DNA of 46,252 nt, taken from the NCBI GenBank assembly GCA_037134535.1, contig JBAXMA010000003.1, positions 1 to 46,252 on the forward strand. The letters run 5' to 3'. This document shows, in pieces, positions 8,467-17,953 of the stretch. Numbering within the stretch: the stretch's first letter is position 1; each line of letters begins with the position of its first letter. The notes under the pieces are model-generated. The model saw only the letters and a program-made list of their open reading frames with translations, did not search any database and was not told the DNA's origin. The position numbers and the translations under genes are program-made. This DNA comes from a bacterium. GTDB lineage: Bacteria; Verrucomicrobiota; Kiritimatiellia; SPBP01.

Positions 8467-10004
8467 CTGATGCACAGAAGTCTTTGAATGCGGACACACA
8501 CCCTCTTCCTCTGCCGCCTGAAAACGATAATCCATATCAGCAGTTGCTCGACACAGTCTGCGACGCAGTTCTGATCAGCACAGTCACAGGAGATGTTACG
8601 GATGCCAATCTCAGCGCGGCTGCTGTTCTGCTCTATGACGTGGAAGAACTGAGGCGGATGTCCATTGCCAGTATCATCGCCATCGCTGACGCCAATCTCC
8701 TGCCAGCTATTCTGACGGGTCTTGATACGAACAGGCATGTCCTCCTTGAGGCAACGTGTACTCGTAAAGACGGCTCACGCTTTCCGGGGGAGATTGCCGT
8801 AAGCCGCATACACAATGGCGACAAGACGAGACTGTTTCTTTTCATTCGTGATCTGACAGTCCATAAGCAAACGGAAACAGCACTGCGGGAAACGCTTTCC
8901 CGGCTTGAGATGCAGGATCGGGCGAGGGCGCTGCTGGTATCGAATGTGACCCATGAGCTGAGGACTCCGCTTACGTCGATAATATATGGATTGTCAAACT
9001 TGCTGTCTGGAGTTGTCGGGCCGGTTACGCCGCCGGTCAGACAATATCTGGAGAGATTCAATCGTGAAGGCCAGAGATTACTGAGCACGGTAGAGGATAT
9101 TCTGTATCTGGAACGGATAGAGACAAAGACACTGCGTCTTTCCAGCATCATGGCGTCCGTCCCCAGGCTTGTGGCAAGAGCTATCGCAGCGCTTGAGCTT
9201 AGTGCCCGGCATAAACACGTCACCGTGAACCGCGACTATGCAGCAGATGCGATGTTCACCTGCTGTGATCCTGCGAAGATGAACAGGGTGCTGGTCAACA
9301 TTATCGGTAATGCCATCAAGTACACTCCCGGCGGAGGAACCGTAACGATTTCACTCGTGAAACACCCAGGCAAGTCTCAGACTCTCTCCGTTAGAATTGA
9401 AGACACAGGTGTCGGCATACCTCCTCACGCTATCAGCAGCGTCACGGACCGGTACTACAGGGTTGGAGATCAGGCTGACGGAGCAGGACTGGGACTTGCC
9501 ATTGCAAAGGATATCATCGAGATGCACAGCGGCAGTATCCAGATTGCAAGCCCGCCGCCCGGCAGAAACGCCGGAACCCTTGTCAGCATAAACATTCCGT
9601 TGGTCGACCAGCCAGATCTTCTAGTTCTGAGCACCGATGCCGCTACGACACAAAGAGTCATGGAACAGCTCATTCCTGCTGGTTATAATGTATCGGCAGT
9701 GACCGGCTCCAAAGAAGCAATGGACCTGGTCAGAGACAAGCATGTTGATCTGTTGATCGTCAATATTCCACTGCAAGATTCTGACGGAACAGGAACTATT
9801 GCCGCGATACACGGTAGCGAATATAAACGGCGAATACCAATTGTAGTGATCACGGCCGGCGACTTGAGCACTGCACAGAAGGAGATATTCTCCTGCCTCT
9901 CCATACCAATTCTGAAGAAACCATGGCAGCAGGACGAACTGCTTGATGGCATCGAGCGAGCCTTCCTTGCGTCGGCAGCGACAGCTGGAGAAGAGGACCT
10001 CTGA
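8463..10004 (+). CDS. PAS-HisKA-HATPase hybrid histidine kinase with degenerate C-terminal receiver
   Basis: PAS (RKDGSRFPGE), H-box THELRTPL, N-box NIIGNAIKYT, G1 DTGVGI, G2 GAGLGL. The receiver has LLIVN in place of the phospho-Asp. Confidence 0.92.
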   Translation: MTDAQKSLNADTHPLPLPPENDNPYQQLLDTVCDAVLISTVTGDVTDANLSAAAVLLYDVEELRRMSIASIIAIADANLLPAILTGLDTNRHVLLEATCTRKDGSRFPGEIAVSRIHNGDKTRLFLFIRDLTVHKQTETALRETLSRLEMQDRARALLVSNVTHELRTPLTSIIYGLSNLLSGVVGPVTPPVRQYLERFNREGQRLLSTVEDILYLERIETKTLRLSSIMASVPRLVARAIAALELSARHKHVTVNRDYAADAMFTCCDPAKMNRVLVNIIGNAIKYTPGGGTVTISLVKHPGKSQTLSVRIEDTGVGIPPHAISSVTDRYYRVGDQADGAGLGLAIAKDIIEMHSGSIQIASPPPGRNAGTLVSINIPLVDQPDLLVLSTDAATTQRVMEQLIPAGYNVSAVTGSKEAMDLVRDKHVDLLIVNIPLQDSDGTGTIAAIHGSEYKRRIPIVVITAGDLSTAQKEIFSCLSIPILKKPWQQDELLDGIERAFLASAATAGEEDL

Positions 10005-10041
10005 AAGGAGCAGCAGTTCTGAGTTTCACTGTTTTTGGGGG

Positions 10042-10070
10042 TTGCGTGACGGGTCTTCTTTTCGTATTGT
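10042..10070 (+). promoter_or_regulatory. Possible sigma70-like promoter for the double-receiver gene
   Basis: TTGCGT, 17 bp spacer, TATTGT in the intergenic region. Confidence 0.35.
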
Positions 10071-10144
10071 GTAAAGCAGAGGGTTGTTCTGGCGCAGGGA
10101 GCAGAGAGGTGCTGATACCATGATGCAAGATGAGGGCGATACCC

Positions 10145-10930
10145 ATGAGTGAACAGAAGAATTTGATTCTTGCGGTCGACGACGATACAGACTTACTGGC
10201 AACTCTGGGAGATTTCCTGCGCTTTGAAGGTTATGATGTGGAAGCGGTGTCGAGTGGAGAGGCCGGGATCGCCAGGCTGGCTGAAATCGTTCCTGATCTG
10301 ATAATGCTTGATATCAGCATGCCCGGAATGGGCGGGATAGGCTTCCTGAATGCAAAGGCTCAGATAGGGCGTGTTGCCAAGGTGCCTGTGATGGTCTTTA
10401 CCGCCCGGGCGAACATGGAGAAGTTTTTCCAGGATGTGGAAGTGGCGGGTTTCGTGGCAAAGCCGTGTGATCCCGTGGCGCTGCTGAATGAAATCACGAG
10501 GATAATCGGATCAACCTCCGCGCGGGCCGGGGGCGGAGGCGGGAAACGTGCATCCGCGGTCGGTCGGAAGGTTCTCATCGCAGAGGACGAAGCGGGCCCG
10601 CGTGAGTCACTGATACGTGCCTTTGTTGATGCCGGGTTTGAAGTTGTATCAGTATCGAGCGGTCCGGAGGTTGTTGAGAAAGCGATCGTGGAGAAACCTG
10701 ACGTGCTTCTCCTGAAGCTGGTAATGGAAAGAATGAACGGCGACGCGGCTGCGGCCATGCTGGGCGAAATGCCGAGCACCAGATCCATCCCGATAGTGTT
10801 GTTTGATGATACAGGGTCGCAACCGCGTGACCGTATTCTCAGCGAGGACAGGCCTGGCAGAAGACGGCTGATCAGGAGCCTCAAGCCGGACGACCTTATT
10901 GCAGCCGCAAGAAGTGTGTTGGATGTGTAG
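10145..10930 (+). CDS. Response regulator with two tandem receiver domains and no output domain
   Basis: REC1 is canonical (VDDD, MLDISMP, FTA, AKP). A Gly-rich linker precedes REC2 (IAEDE, LLLKLVM), which lacks the phospho-Asp. Confidence 0.88.
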   Translation: MSEQKNLILAVDDDTDLLATLGDFLRFEGYDVEAVSSGEAGIARLAEIVPDLIMLDISMPGMGGIGFLNAKAQIGRVAKVPVMVFTARANMEKFFQDVEVAGFVAKPCDPVALLNEITRIIGSTSARAGGGGGKRASAVGRKVLIAEDEAGPRESLIRAFVDAGFEVVSVSSGPEVVEKAIVEKPDVLLLKLVMERMNGDAAAAMLGEMPSTRSIPIVLFDDTGSQPRDRILSEDRPGRRRLIRSLKPDDLIAAARSVLDV

Positions 10931-10968
10931 CTGGCATCCGGATAATATTCATTGTTTTGAGATTTTAT

Positions 10969-11424
10969 ATGCGTTGTCCCAGGTGCAGTCATCTCGATGA
11001 CAGGGTTCTTGACAGCCGTTCTGCGCGGATGGGTGACACCATCAGGCGAAGGCGCATGTGCCTGGGCTGCGGGCACCGCTTTACCACCTATGAGGAAGTT
11101 GTCCGCACCAAGCTTCGTGTCGTGAAACGTGACGGGCGACATGAAGAGTTGGACCGGAATAAGCTCGCGGGCGGAATCGTGAGGGCGTGTGAGAAGCGAC
11201 CCATCAGTACCGAACAGATCGAGAACATGGTCCAGGGGATAGTTTCGGACCTGGAGAATGAATATGAGCGAGAGGTCCCGAGTAAGATTATAGGAATGAA
11301 GGTGATGGACTGCCTGGAAAAACTGGATGAGGTTGCATATGTCCGGTTTGCCTCCGTTTACAAAAGGTTTAAAGACGCGACGCAGTTCGTAAAGACGGTT
11401 GACGAACTCGCAGGACGCGAATGA
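10969..11424 (+). CDS. nrdR: Transcriptional repressor NrdR
   Basis: MRCPRC..DRVLDSR, IRRRRMCLGCGHRFTTYE, ATP-cone VVKRDG, DEVAYVRFASVY. Confidence 0.97.
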   Translation: MRCPRCSHLDDRVLDSRSARMGDTIRRRRMCLGCGHRFTTYEEVVRTKLRVVKRDGRHEELDRNKLAGGIVRACEKRPISTEQIENMVQGIVSDLENEYEREVPSKIIGMKVMDCLEKLDEVAYVRFASVYKRFKDATQFVKTVDELAGRE

Positions 11425-12080
11425 TAATATACAAAGACGATACAGCCGACTCATCGGGAACAGGATCTATTCCCACAATAATGCGGGAAATGGCCAGCCT
11501 GTGTGATCCCATGGATGAAGACGGGATCTACGAGATGCGTGCGGTTGCGGCAGGGGTGCAGACATTTCTGGATGAGGAAAACTGCGCCGGACGGGCTTCA
11601 AGCCATGTCAGGGCACTGGCTGCCAGAGCTCTGATATGTTCAGGCAGAAAAGACATGGCCAGCAGGCTTCTCCTCGTAGGTGGAGGACTGGTGAAAGCGT
11701 CTGAGTCCGCACTGGTTAATGCCGGTACCGTGCTCATACTGGATCTTAAGCCATTGGTGATCCATGACAAAGAGTGTCTCGATATGGTAATCCGGAGATG
11801 CGTGCTTCTGCTCATTGATTCCATGGCGCACATGTGGGATGAAGCCGCAGGCAGTGGAATGCTCGGTCTGCGTAATGTCCGGATTACAGCCGCAGCAGTT
11901 CTTGGCAAAGGCGTGCGGCCGGGGCAGGTTCAGGTCCTTGCCCGTGAAATCAAGTCACTTTGCGAAGGGAGACTGGACGTTTTACGGCATGGGCGGAACT
12001 GGAGGGAGCGGCCGATGGTGTTTGATATGGATTGGATGGTGGCAGCAGGAAAAAAGCGACGCAAGGGAAATGTCTCATGA
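11421..12080 (+). CDS. Hypothetical protein
   Basis: 219-aa ORF with ATGA overlaps to both nrdR and purC. No motif recognised. Confidence 0.75.
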   Translation: MIIYKDDTADSSGTGSIPTIMREMASLCDPMDEDGIYEMRAVAAGVQTFLDEENCAGRASSHVRALAARALICSGRKDMASRLLLVGGGLVKASESALVNAGTVLILDLKPLVIHDKECLDMVIRRCVLLLIDSMAHMWDEAAGSGMLGLRNVRITAAAVLGKGVRPGQVQVLAREIKSLCEGRLDVLRHGRNWRERPMVFDMDWMVAAGKKRRKGNVS

Positions 12081-13051
12081 TATCTGAAAACGTAATACGA
12101 TCATATCTCGGGACTGTACTGGAACAAGCGGACTTCAAGGGATTGGGCGAAGTCATCAGAGGCAAGGTTCGGGACAGCTATAAGCTCAACGATCGGAGGA
12201 TCCTTGTTACCAGCGATCGCGTGTCGGCATTTGACTGTATAATAGGAACAATACCATTGAAGGGTCAGGTATTGAACCAGCTTGCAACGTTCTGGTTTGA
12301 AAAGACCGCCTGCATAGCTCCGAACCATGTAATCGCAGTTCCGGATCCCAATGTCATGATTGTTGACGAATGCAAGCAGCTCGCGCTTGAGCTGATAGTG
12401 CGCGGCCATATTACCGGCGTGACTAAGACATCGGCCTGGTATAACTACCAGCAGGGTATTCGCAATTTCTGTGGCAATAAACTGGCCGAGGGACTCAGGA
12501 AAGATCAGGAGTTGGAAAGGCCGATTCTGACCCCGACAACAAAGTTTGAGAAGCATGATAGGCCGATTTCGCGGGAGCAAGCCATCTCTGAGGGACTGAT
12601 CGACGGGGATACGTTTGACAGGGCTGCGGCAATCTGCTTCCGGTTGTTTGCCGCCGGGCGCGAGCATGCGAAGAAGCAGGGGCTGATTCTGGTAGATACC
12701 AAGTATGAACTGGGACTTCGCGGCTCAGAGCTTGTTGTGTCTGACGAAGTGCACACACCGGACTCATCGAGATACTGGTTCGCCGACTCCTACCGCGAGC
12801 TGTTTGATGAAGGAAAGGATCAGAGAGAGATAGATAAAGAATACGTCAGGAAATGGCTGGTGAGCCAGGGCTTTCGCGGCGACGGGCCACCCCCGAAGCT
12901 GACTGACGAGGTGCGGATTGAAGCCGCAAGACGCTATATTCAGGCGTACGAAATCATTACCGGCAGCCAGTTTCAGCCCGGAGCTGTTCCTGTTGACAAA
13001 CGCATAGCCGCAGCTCTGTCGAAGGCAGGCTACGAGGCTAGTGTGGCGTAA
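12077..13051 (+). CDS. purC: SAICAR synthetase
   Basis: GKVRDSY, SDRVSAFD, KGQVLNQ, ILTPTTK, LILVDTKYELG, DEVHTPDSSRYW, DKEYVRKWL. Start set at the ATGA overlap. Confidence 0.96.
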   Translation: MISENVIRSYLGTVLEQADFKGLGEVIRGKVRDSYKLNDRRILVTSDRVSAFDCIIGTIPLKGQVLNQLATFWFEKTACIAPNHVIAVPDPNVMIVDECKQLALELIVRGHITGVTKTSAWYNYQQGIRNFCGNKLAEGLRKDQELERPILTPTTKFEKHDRPISREQAISEGLIDGDTFDRAAAICFRLFAAGREHAKKQGLILVDTKYELGLRGSELVVSDEVHTPDSSRYWFADSYRELFDEGKDQREIDKEYVRKWLVSQGFRGDGPPPKLTDEVRIEAARRYIQAYEIITGSQFQPGAVPVDKRIAAALSKAGYEASVA

Positions 13052-13088
13052 ATGCTGAGGCAGGTTCAGGAACGGAGGCGACTGGATC

Positions 13089-13343
13089 TTATTTCAGGTC
13101 GTCGGATGTCGCCTCTCTCGTCCGTTCATTGTGCGCGGCGGTAGCTTTGCGGGCTCTGTCTTGTACTGTTCTGCCGGCTTTCAGTGTATCGTATTGCAAC
13201 ATGGTTCCGATCGTGGCGCTAACTCCTGATTGCTCGACTGGCTGGTTTGTGCCTGTAGCAGCGGTTTGTGCCGGGGTTGCCTTCTCGCACCCGGATGTCA
13301 GGGCAAGAGCAAGCACTGCAGCAGCAAAGGCGGATATTCGCAT
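13089..13343 (-). CDS. Small lipoprotein, hypothetical
   Basis: MRISAFAAAVLALALTSGC has a lipobox-like end. RBS-like AGGA upstream; starts 13 bp after the kinase stop. Confidence 0.7.
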   Translation of the reverse strand: MRISAFAAAVLALALTSGCEKATPAQTAATGTNQPVEQSGVSATIGTMLQYDTLKAGRTVQDRARKATAAHNERTREATSDDLK

Positions 13344-13356
13344 ATCAAAGTTCCTT

Positions 13357-15321
13357 TTAACTCTTTTGCATTGCCCAGGAATCATCTTCGCGTTTTCCGG
13401 TAACACTGTCGCCATCCTGAATCATACGTTGTTCCAGTGCTTTTAACACGGCATGCAGAAGTTGAACTTTCTCGACTGGTTTCTGTACAAATCCCCAGCC
13501 TCCTTGTCCAAGGCGAGAGCGCACGAAGTCACGGGAGAACCCTGAAGTCATTATTACAGCTGCATCGGGATCCCGTTCGATAATCTTGCGGAAAAGCTCG
13601 CGCCCGTCGCTCTGCGGCATAATAAGATCTACAACCACCAGATCAATATCTTCAGACAGCTCATGCAGCATGCTTGCCCCCTGGGCACTGTTTGTGGCCG
13701 TGTGAACCTTGTACCCGCTCTCTTCAAGAATGGCCTGGAAAAGAGCGAGGTCGGACTCGCTGTCGTCTACAACCAGAATAGTCTCACCTCCCATTGGAGT
13801 TCCGGCGGCCGGCTGCGCGGGAATGTCTGCAATGGGAATATGAAAGCTTACAGTTGTGCCCCTGTTCAGCGCGCTTTGCACCGTTATCCAGCCGCCCCAT
13901 CCCAGAATGGTTGCGTGGGCGATTGTCATCCCCAGACCTTTTATGAGCCCAGGCTGTTTAGTAGTGAAGAAAGGCTCAAAAATGTGAGTCAAGGTTTCAC
14001 GGGACATCCCCTGTCCGGTATCTGTGATGCTTAGAATAGCATAGTGTCCCTTGCGGGCATCAGGATTCAGCCGTTGTTTCGGGTGCGAAAACTTCTTCAC
14101 GGATACCTGTACAGTCAGAGTGCCGCCATCCGGCATGGCATCCACTGAGTTATGAAACACGCAAAGCAACAAATCAAGAAGTTGGGCGGCGTCAGCCTTG
14201 ATGTAAGGCATTGTCCCGGGAACAGTAAAAAATGAAATGCGATGATCCGAGAATGTCTTATCAAGAACCTTTGCCGCATCAGTTATTACCTGAGCAATGG
14301 AAATGGGGGTAGTTGCATGGGGTGATCGCGGTTCGCTGGCCTGGGCCAGGTCGGCGAGATGGGCTGTAAGCTCCCTTGCTTCCTTTGTGGCCTCGACGAT
14401 CTTAACAGTGGCTTCGTAGGCTTTTGTCTTGGGAATCAGAGACTCTGCCAGCGAGGCTGCCTGGGTGTCTATTGCACTGATGATATTGCCGAAGTCGTGA
14501 GCAATGCTGCTCGCAAGCGTGCCTATGGCTTCAATCTTCTGTCTGGCAAGCGCACTGCGGGCCATGAGATAACGTTCTGTGATGTCCCGGAATACCAGTA
14601 CCAGTCCGACAGTTCTCATTCCCGTGCCCGATAAGGCGGCAACAGAGCCCTCTATATGCTTAGTGGCGTTCCCTCTTGAGGTCAGCATCATAAGTTCCGG
14701 CACGCATCCCGGCCGCCTGCGACTGATCTTCCCGGCGGGCAGGCTGAATGGCTGGCCGGACTCTACACCAACCGCTTTGAAGATCTCGGAGAGAGGACGT
14801 CCCGTGGCGTCATCAAGCGCCCAGCCGGTAAGCTTCTCGGCCGCCGGGTTAAGAAACACTGTCAGTCCTGACTTCTCAGTTATAATGACCGCATCGTGCA
14901 TGCTGCATACTACGGCTTGGCGCCAGAAGTCGTCTTTAAGAGGAGAAGTCTTCTTGCGATCATCTTTCAGGATTGTCTCAATGCTTTCTTGCAGTTCACG
15001 GTCCTTGAAGGGTCTGACAATGAACTCTGGCGAGGATATATGCCCAATACGAAGCAGCGTTGTTCTGCCCGCTGGATTGGTAAGGACAATAATAGGGATT
15101 CGGAAGCGGGCCTTCAATACTCCGGTAAGTTCCGCTATGTTCGTCGCGTGAGCTGGACCCATATCGATCAGGACCAGAGCGGGATGAGACTCGACGACCT
15201 TTCTGATTGCTTCTGTGGCTGTCGAGGAGACAACGTTATACCCGAGCCGTCCCAGCCGCATTCCGAGCTGGCTTCGCCGACCGACCTTGTCTTCCAGTAA
15301 CAGAAGTGTTGCCTTCGTCAT
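13357..15321 (-). CDS. Hybrid histidine kinase REC-PAS-HisKA-HATPase-REC
   Basis: N-terminal REC (LED, LIDMG), PAS (FLNPAAEKLTGW, FRDITER), H-box IAHDFGN, DTGQGM, IFEPFFTTK, C-terminal REC (VVDD, VVDLIMP, QKP). Confidence 0.93.
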   Translation of the reverse strand: MTKATLLLLEDKVGRRSQLGMRLGRLGYNVVSSTATEAIRKVVESHPALVLIDMGPAHATNIAELTGVLKARFRIPIIVLTNPAGRTTLLRIGHISSPEFIVRPFKDRELQESIETILKDDRKKTSPLKDDFWRQAVVCSMHDAVIITEKSGLTVFLNPAAEKLTGWALDDATGRPLSEIFKAVGVESGQPFSLPAGKISRRRPGCVPELMMLTSRGNATKHIEGSVAALSGTGMRTVGLVLVFRDITERYLMARSALARQKIEAIGTLASSIAHDFGNIISAIDTQAASLAESLIPKTKAYEATVKIVEATKEARELTAHLADLAQASEPRSPHATTPISIAQVITDAAKVLDKTFSDHRISFFTVPGTMPYIKADAAQLLDLLLCVFHNSVDAMPDGGTLTVQVSVKKFSHPKQRLNPDARKGHYAILSITDTGQGMSRETLTHIFEPFFTTKQPGLIKGLGMTIAHATILGWGGWITVQSALNRGTTVSFHIPIADIPAQPAAGTPMGGETILVVDDSESDLALFQAILEESGYKVHTATNSAQGASMLHELSEDIDLVVVDLIMPQSDGRELFRKIIERDPDAAVIMTSGFSRDFVRSRLGQGGWGFVQKPVEKVQLLHAVLKALEQRMIQDGDSVTGKREDDSWAMQKS

Positions 15322-15515
15322 GAGATGCGAGTCCTTCTTCTTCGCCAGCCCGATCGTATCAGCACGTGACAGGTCGATCGCGACGCTGGTCTTGTCTCAT
15401 AAACCAGTGCTGGAATCAAGGGAGATCTCAGCTCAGTCACGGGAAGGGGATGCCGCTCGTTGAGTCGCGGCACTGTCTTCTTGCGGCGGAATCGCGCAGG
15501 GACCGCGATACAGAG

Positions 15516-17186
15516 TCAATAGTCGCGCGACAGCAGCGATCTGCGTCCAAGCACGAGCGGAACAACCGAGGCAAGGGCGGTAAGAGCAAACAGCCATGCG
15601 TATGCGAGAATAATGCCATTGTGAAAATGGTGAGCATCTATCTTTTCCCATACACGCAGAGAGAACAATGAAGCAAACGGGATTTCGGTCAGAAGCATGA
15701 ACCCAAGGCTCATCACAAGGTTGAGTGTACCGCCGAATCCGGAGACTATTGCCGCAGGGTTACGCTCTTTGAGGTCAAGAAAGACGGCCCCGATCCCGGT
15801 GGACATTCCGGACACAGCTATGGACAGACAAAACGCCAGTGCAATAGCAGAGAGCTGCATGTCCGCTGACAACCTCAGCATGTGAGTCGACAGGAACATG
15901 AGGGAGACGCTGATGACCAGCATGCCCGCGAGTGCGATACCGAACTTGGTTAACAGAATTCTCCCCATGCTCGTCGGGGAGAGGCCCAGTATCCAGAAGC
16001 TTTGCCCTTCGAGGCTCACCTGAGGATAGACGAACCTGGAGGCAAGGGAACACAGAACGGTTGAGACACTGAAAATATTGAGAAAGGCTATTGCGGTTCT
16101 CCACTGCGGCAGCTGTTCGTCGTATCTGAACGTTCTCAAACTGGAAAAGTAGAAACCCAATAGGCCGAAGAAAATAAGAAATTGCGACCATTGCATGGGA
16201 TCTCTGAGAAAAGTCCTTGCGTCCTTCATAATGATGGCACGGACATCATGGGCAAGAAAGAAAAGTCCGCGTTCCGCCAACTCCAGAAGAGGCTTCCGGA
16301 TTACGACCCGTCCTGCTGCGCCAATGACCTTTTGCCAGCCATTGAAGAATGTCCATTTTCCAACCAATTCAACCAGCATGGTCAACATCAGGGCATTTGC
16401 CGTCAGAAATGTCAGAAGAAACAGGCCCCTGTTCCATGCACCTCTCCCGAAAGAAGTAATGCCCTCGGCAGTCCACCAGCTGGGCAGCAAAGGCGAGGCT
16501 GCCAGATGAAGGCCCGGTATCAGCTGGGAAGAGAGGATAAACATATTGGGATTGTCTGCATGCTTCGTGTCCCGCACGGTGATCGCCGTGGCAATGGCAA
16601 TGGCCACAAACACCATGACCACAAGATAACGGAGTAGATTGCCTCTGGGCGACCAGCGTACAAACAGCATCGCGACCAGTGCGCCGATTCCGGAGCAAAG
16701 TACGACAAACGGTATCGAGAAGAGCAGCGTCCACAGGGCAAACAGAAGACTGAGATGCTGAGACCACGCATAAGCGCTGATGAATGGAACTACAACAAAG
16801 AAGAATGCCCAGGAGGACAGAAGACAGGACTCCAGAAACTTAAGAACAACAATCTCGGAAATTGAATAAGGCCTGACGAGCAGAAACGGTATGTCGCGCG
16901 AGCGGTAGATTGTCGCATACGAAGTGAGCATGCTTGACAGGGCGAGCATGGTGCCCAGTCCGAGAAAAAACAGGGATAGAAGATTACCCACAAGCATGGA
17001 ACCTATGGGACCCATACGGCCGAGAAATTCGAATCCTGAAAGGAACAATATGAAGAGACCAACCTCGAGACCCGTAACGAAGAACACTATGAATGCCGTC
17101 TTGAAAAGTGATTGCCGTTGCATGTCACGGACCGTACCGCGCAGCATAAATCGGGTTTTCAATATCAATGACGACACTGTTGACAT
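15516..17186 (-). CDS. ABC exporter permease (multi-TM, internally duplicated type)
   Basis: Many hydrophobic helices. FLLVRP, KDARTFLRDPMQWSQ, VSLEGQSFWILGLSP. Adjacent to an ABC ATPase. Confidence 0.88.
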   Translation of the reverse strand: MSTVSSLILKTRFMLRGTVRDMQRQSLFKTAFIVFFVTGLEVGLFILFLSGFEFLGRMGPIGSMLVGNLLSLFFLGLGTMLALSSMLTSYATIYRSRDIPFLLVRPYSISEIVVLKFLESCLLSSWAFFFVVVPFISAYAWSQHLSLLFALWTLLFSIPFVVLCSGIGALVAMLFVRWSPRGNLLRYLVVMVFVAIAIATAITVRDTKHADNPNMFILSSQLIPGLHLAASPLLPSWWTAEGITSFGRGAWNRGLFLLTFLTANALMLTMLVELVGKWTFFNGWQKVIGAAGRVVIRKPLLELAERGLFFLAHDVRAIIMKDARTFLRDPMQWSQFLIFFGLLGFYFSSLRTFRYDEQLPQWRTAIAFLNIFSVSTVLCSLASRFVYPQVSLEGQSFWILGLSPTSMGRILLTKFGIALAGMLVISVSLMFLSTHMLRLSADMQLSAIALAFCLSIAVSGMSTGIGAVFLDLKERNPAAIVSGFGGTLNLVMSLGFMLLTEIPFASLFSLRVWEKIDAHHFHNGIILAYAWLFALTALASVVPLVLGRRSLLSRDY

Positions 17187-17206
17187 AAAGATCGAGCCTC
17201 TCGTTG

Positions 17207-17953
17207 TCAGGCGGATGCAGCCGAACCAGCCTGTCCGGGTCGTGTAAGTGACAGGAATATCTCCTCCAGGTTACCGTCCACGCCGCTCTGCTTCGTTAAT
17301 TGTGCCATCGTACCAATTGCCACAAGACGCCCTGCTGAAATTATTCCGATTCTGTGCGCAATGTCCTCTGCCAGAGCTAGGATGTGTGTGGTTAAAAACA
17401 CGGCAGTCCCGGCCTTTGCTTTTTCAATGAGGAGGTTCTTGATCATCCGGATGCTGTGGGGATCCAGGCCCACAAGCGGCTCATCAATGAAAAGCGCCTG
17501 CGGCGAGTGAAGAAACGTGCAACAGTATGCAAGACGCTGTCGCATACCGTGTGACAAGTCATTGATCAGCACATGGCGATGCTGTGCCAGATCGAACATG
17601 GCGAACGCCTCTTCCATCTCCTGATCCACGTGTTGCCTTGGCACGTTGTAAAGGTCTCCCGTAAAACGGAAGAATTCGGCAGGGGTGAGCCTTTCGTAAA
17701 GGAACGGCGTATCTGGAATATAGCCGATTATCTTCTTCACCGCTACGGAGTTGCTGCGGACGTCCAGACCGGCAATGCTCATGGTTCCACTCGAGGGGGT
17801 CACCAGGCCGGTCAGCATCTTCAGTGTAGTTGTTTTTCCTGCTCCGTTAGGGCCCAGAAAGCAGAATATTTCTCCAGCAGGAATCTCCAACGACAGATCC
17901 CGGACCGCGTAGAAATCGCCGAATCGCTTTGTGAGATTTTGTAAATGGATCAT
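17207..17953 (-). CDS. ABC transporter ATP-binding protein
   Basis: Walker A GPNGAGKTT, signature LSHGMRQR, Walker B LFIDEPLVGLDP, H-loop TTH. Confidence 0.96.
   Translation of the reverse strand: MIHLQNLTKRFGDFYAVRDLSLEIPAGEIFCFLGPNGAGKTTTLKMLTGLVTPSSGTMSIAGLDVRSNSVAVKKIIGYIPDTPFLYERLTPAEFFRFTGDLYNVPRQHVDQEMEEAFAMFDLAQHRHVLINDLSHGMRQRLAYCCTFLHSPQALFIDEPLVGLDPHSIRMIKNLLIEKAKAGTAVFLTTHILALAEDIAHRIGIISAGRLVAIGTMAQLTKQSGVDGNLEEIFLSLTRPGQAGSAASA

Noticed and set aside
10010-10037. Terminator after the PAS kinase
   Set aside because: There is a T-run, but the stem is short and imperfect.
10360-11454. 364-aa minus-strand ORF
   Set aside because: Antisense shadow of the double-receiver gene and nrdR; no motifs.
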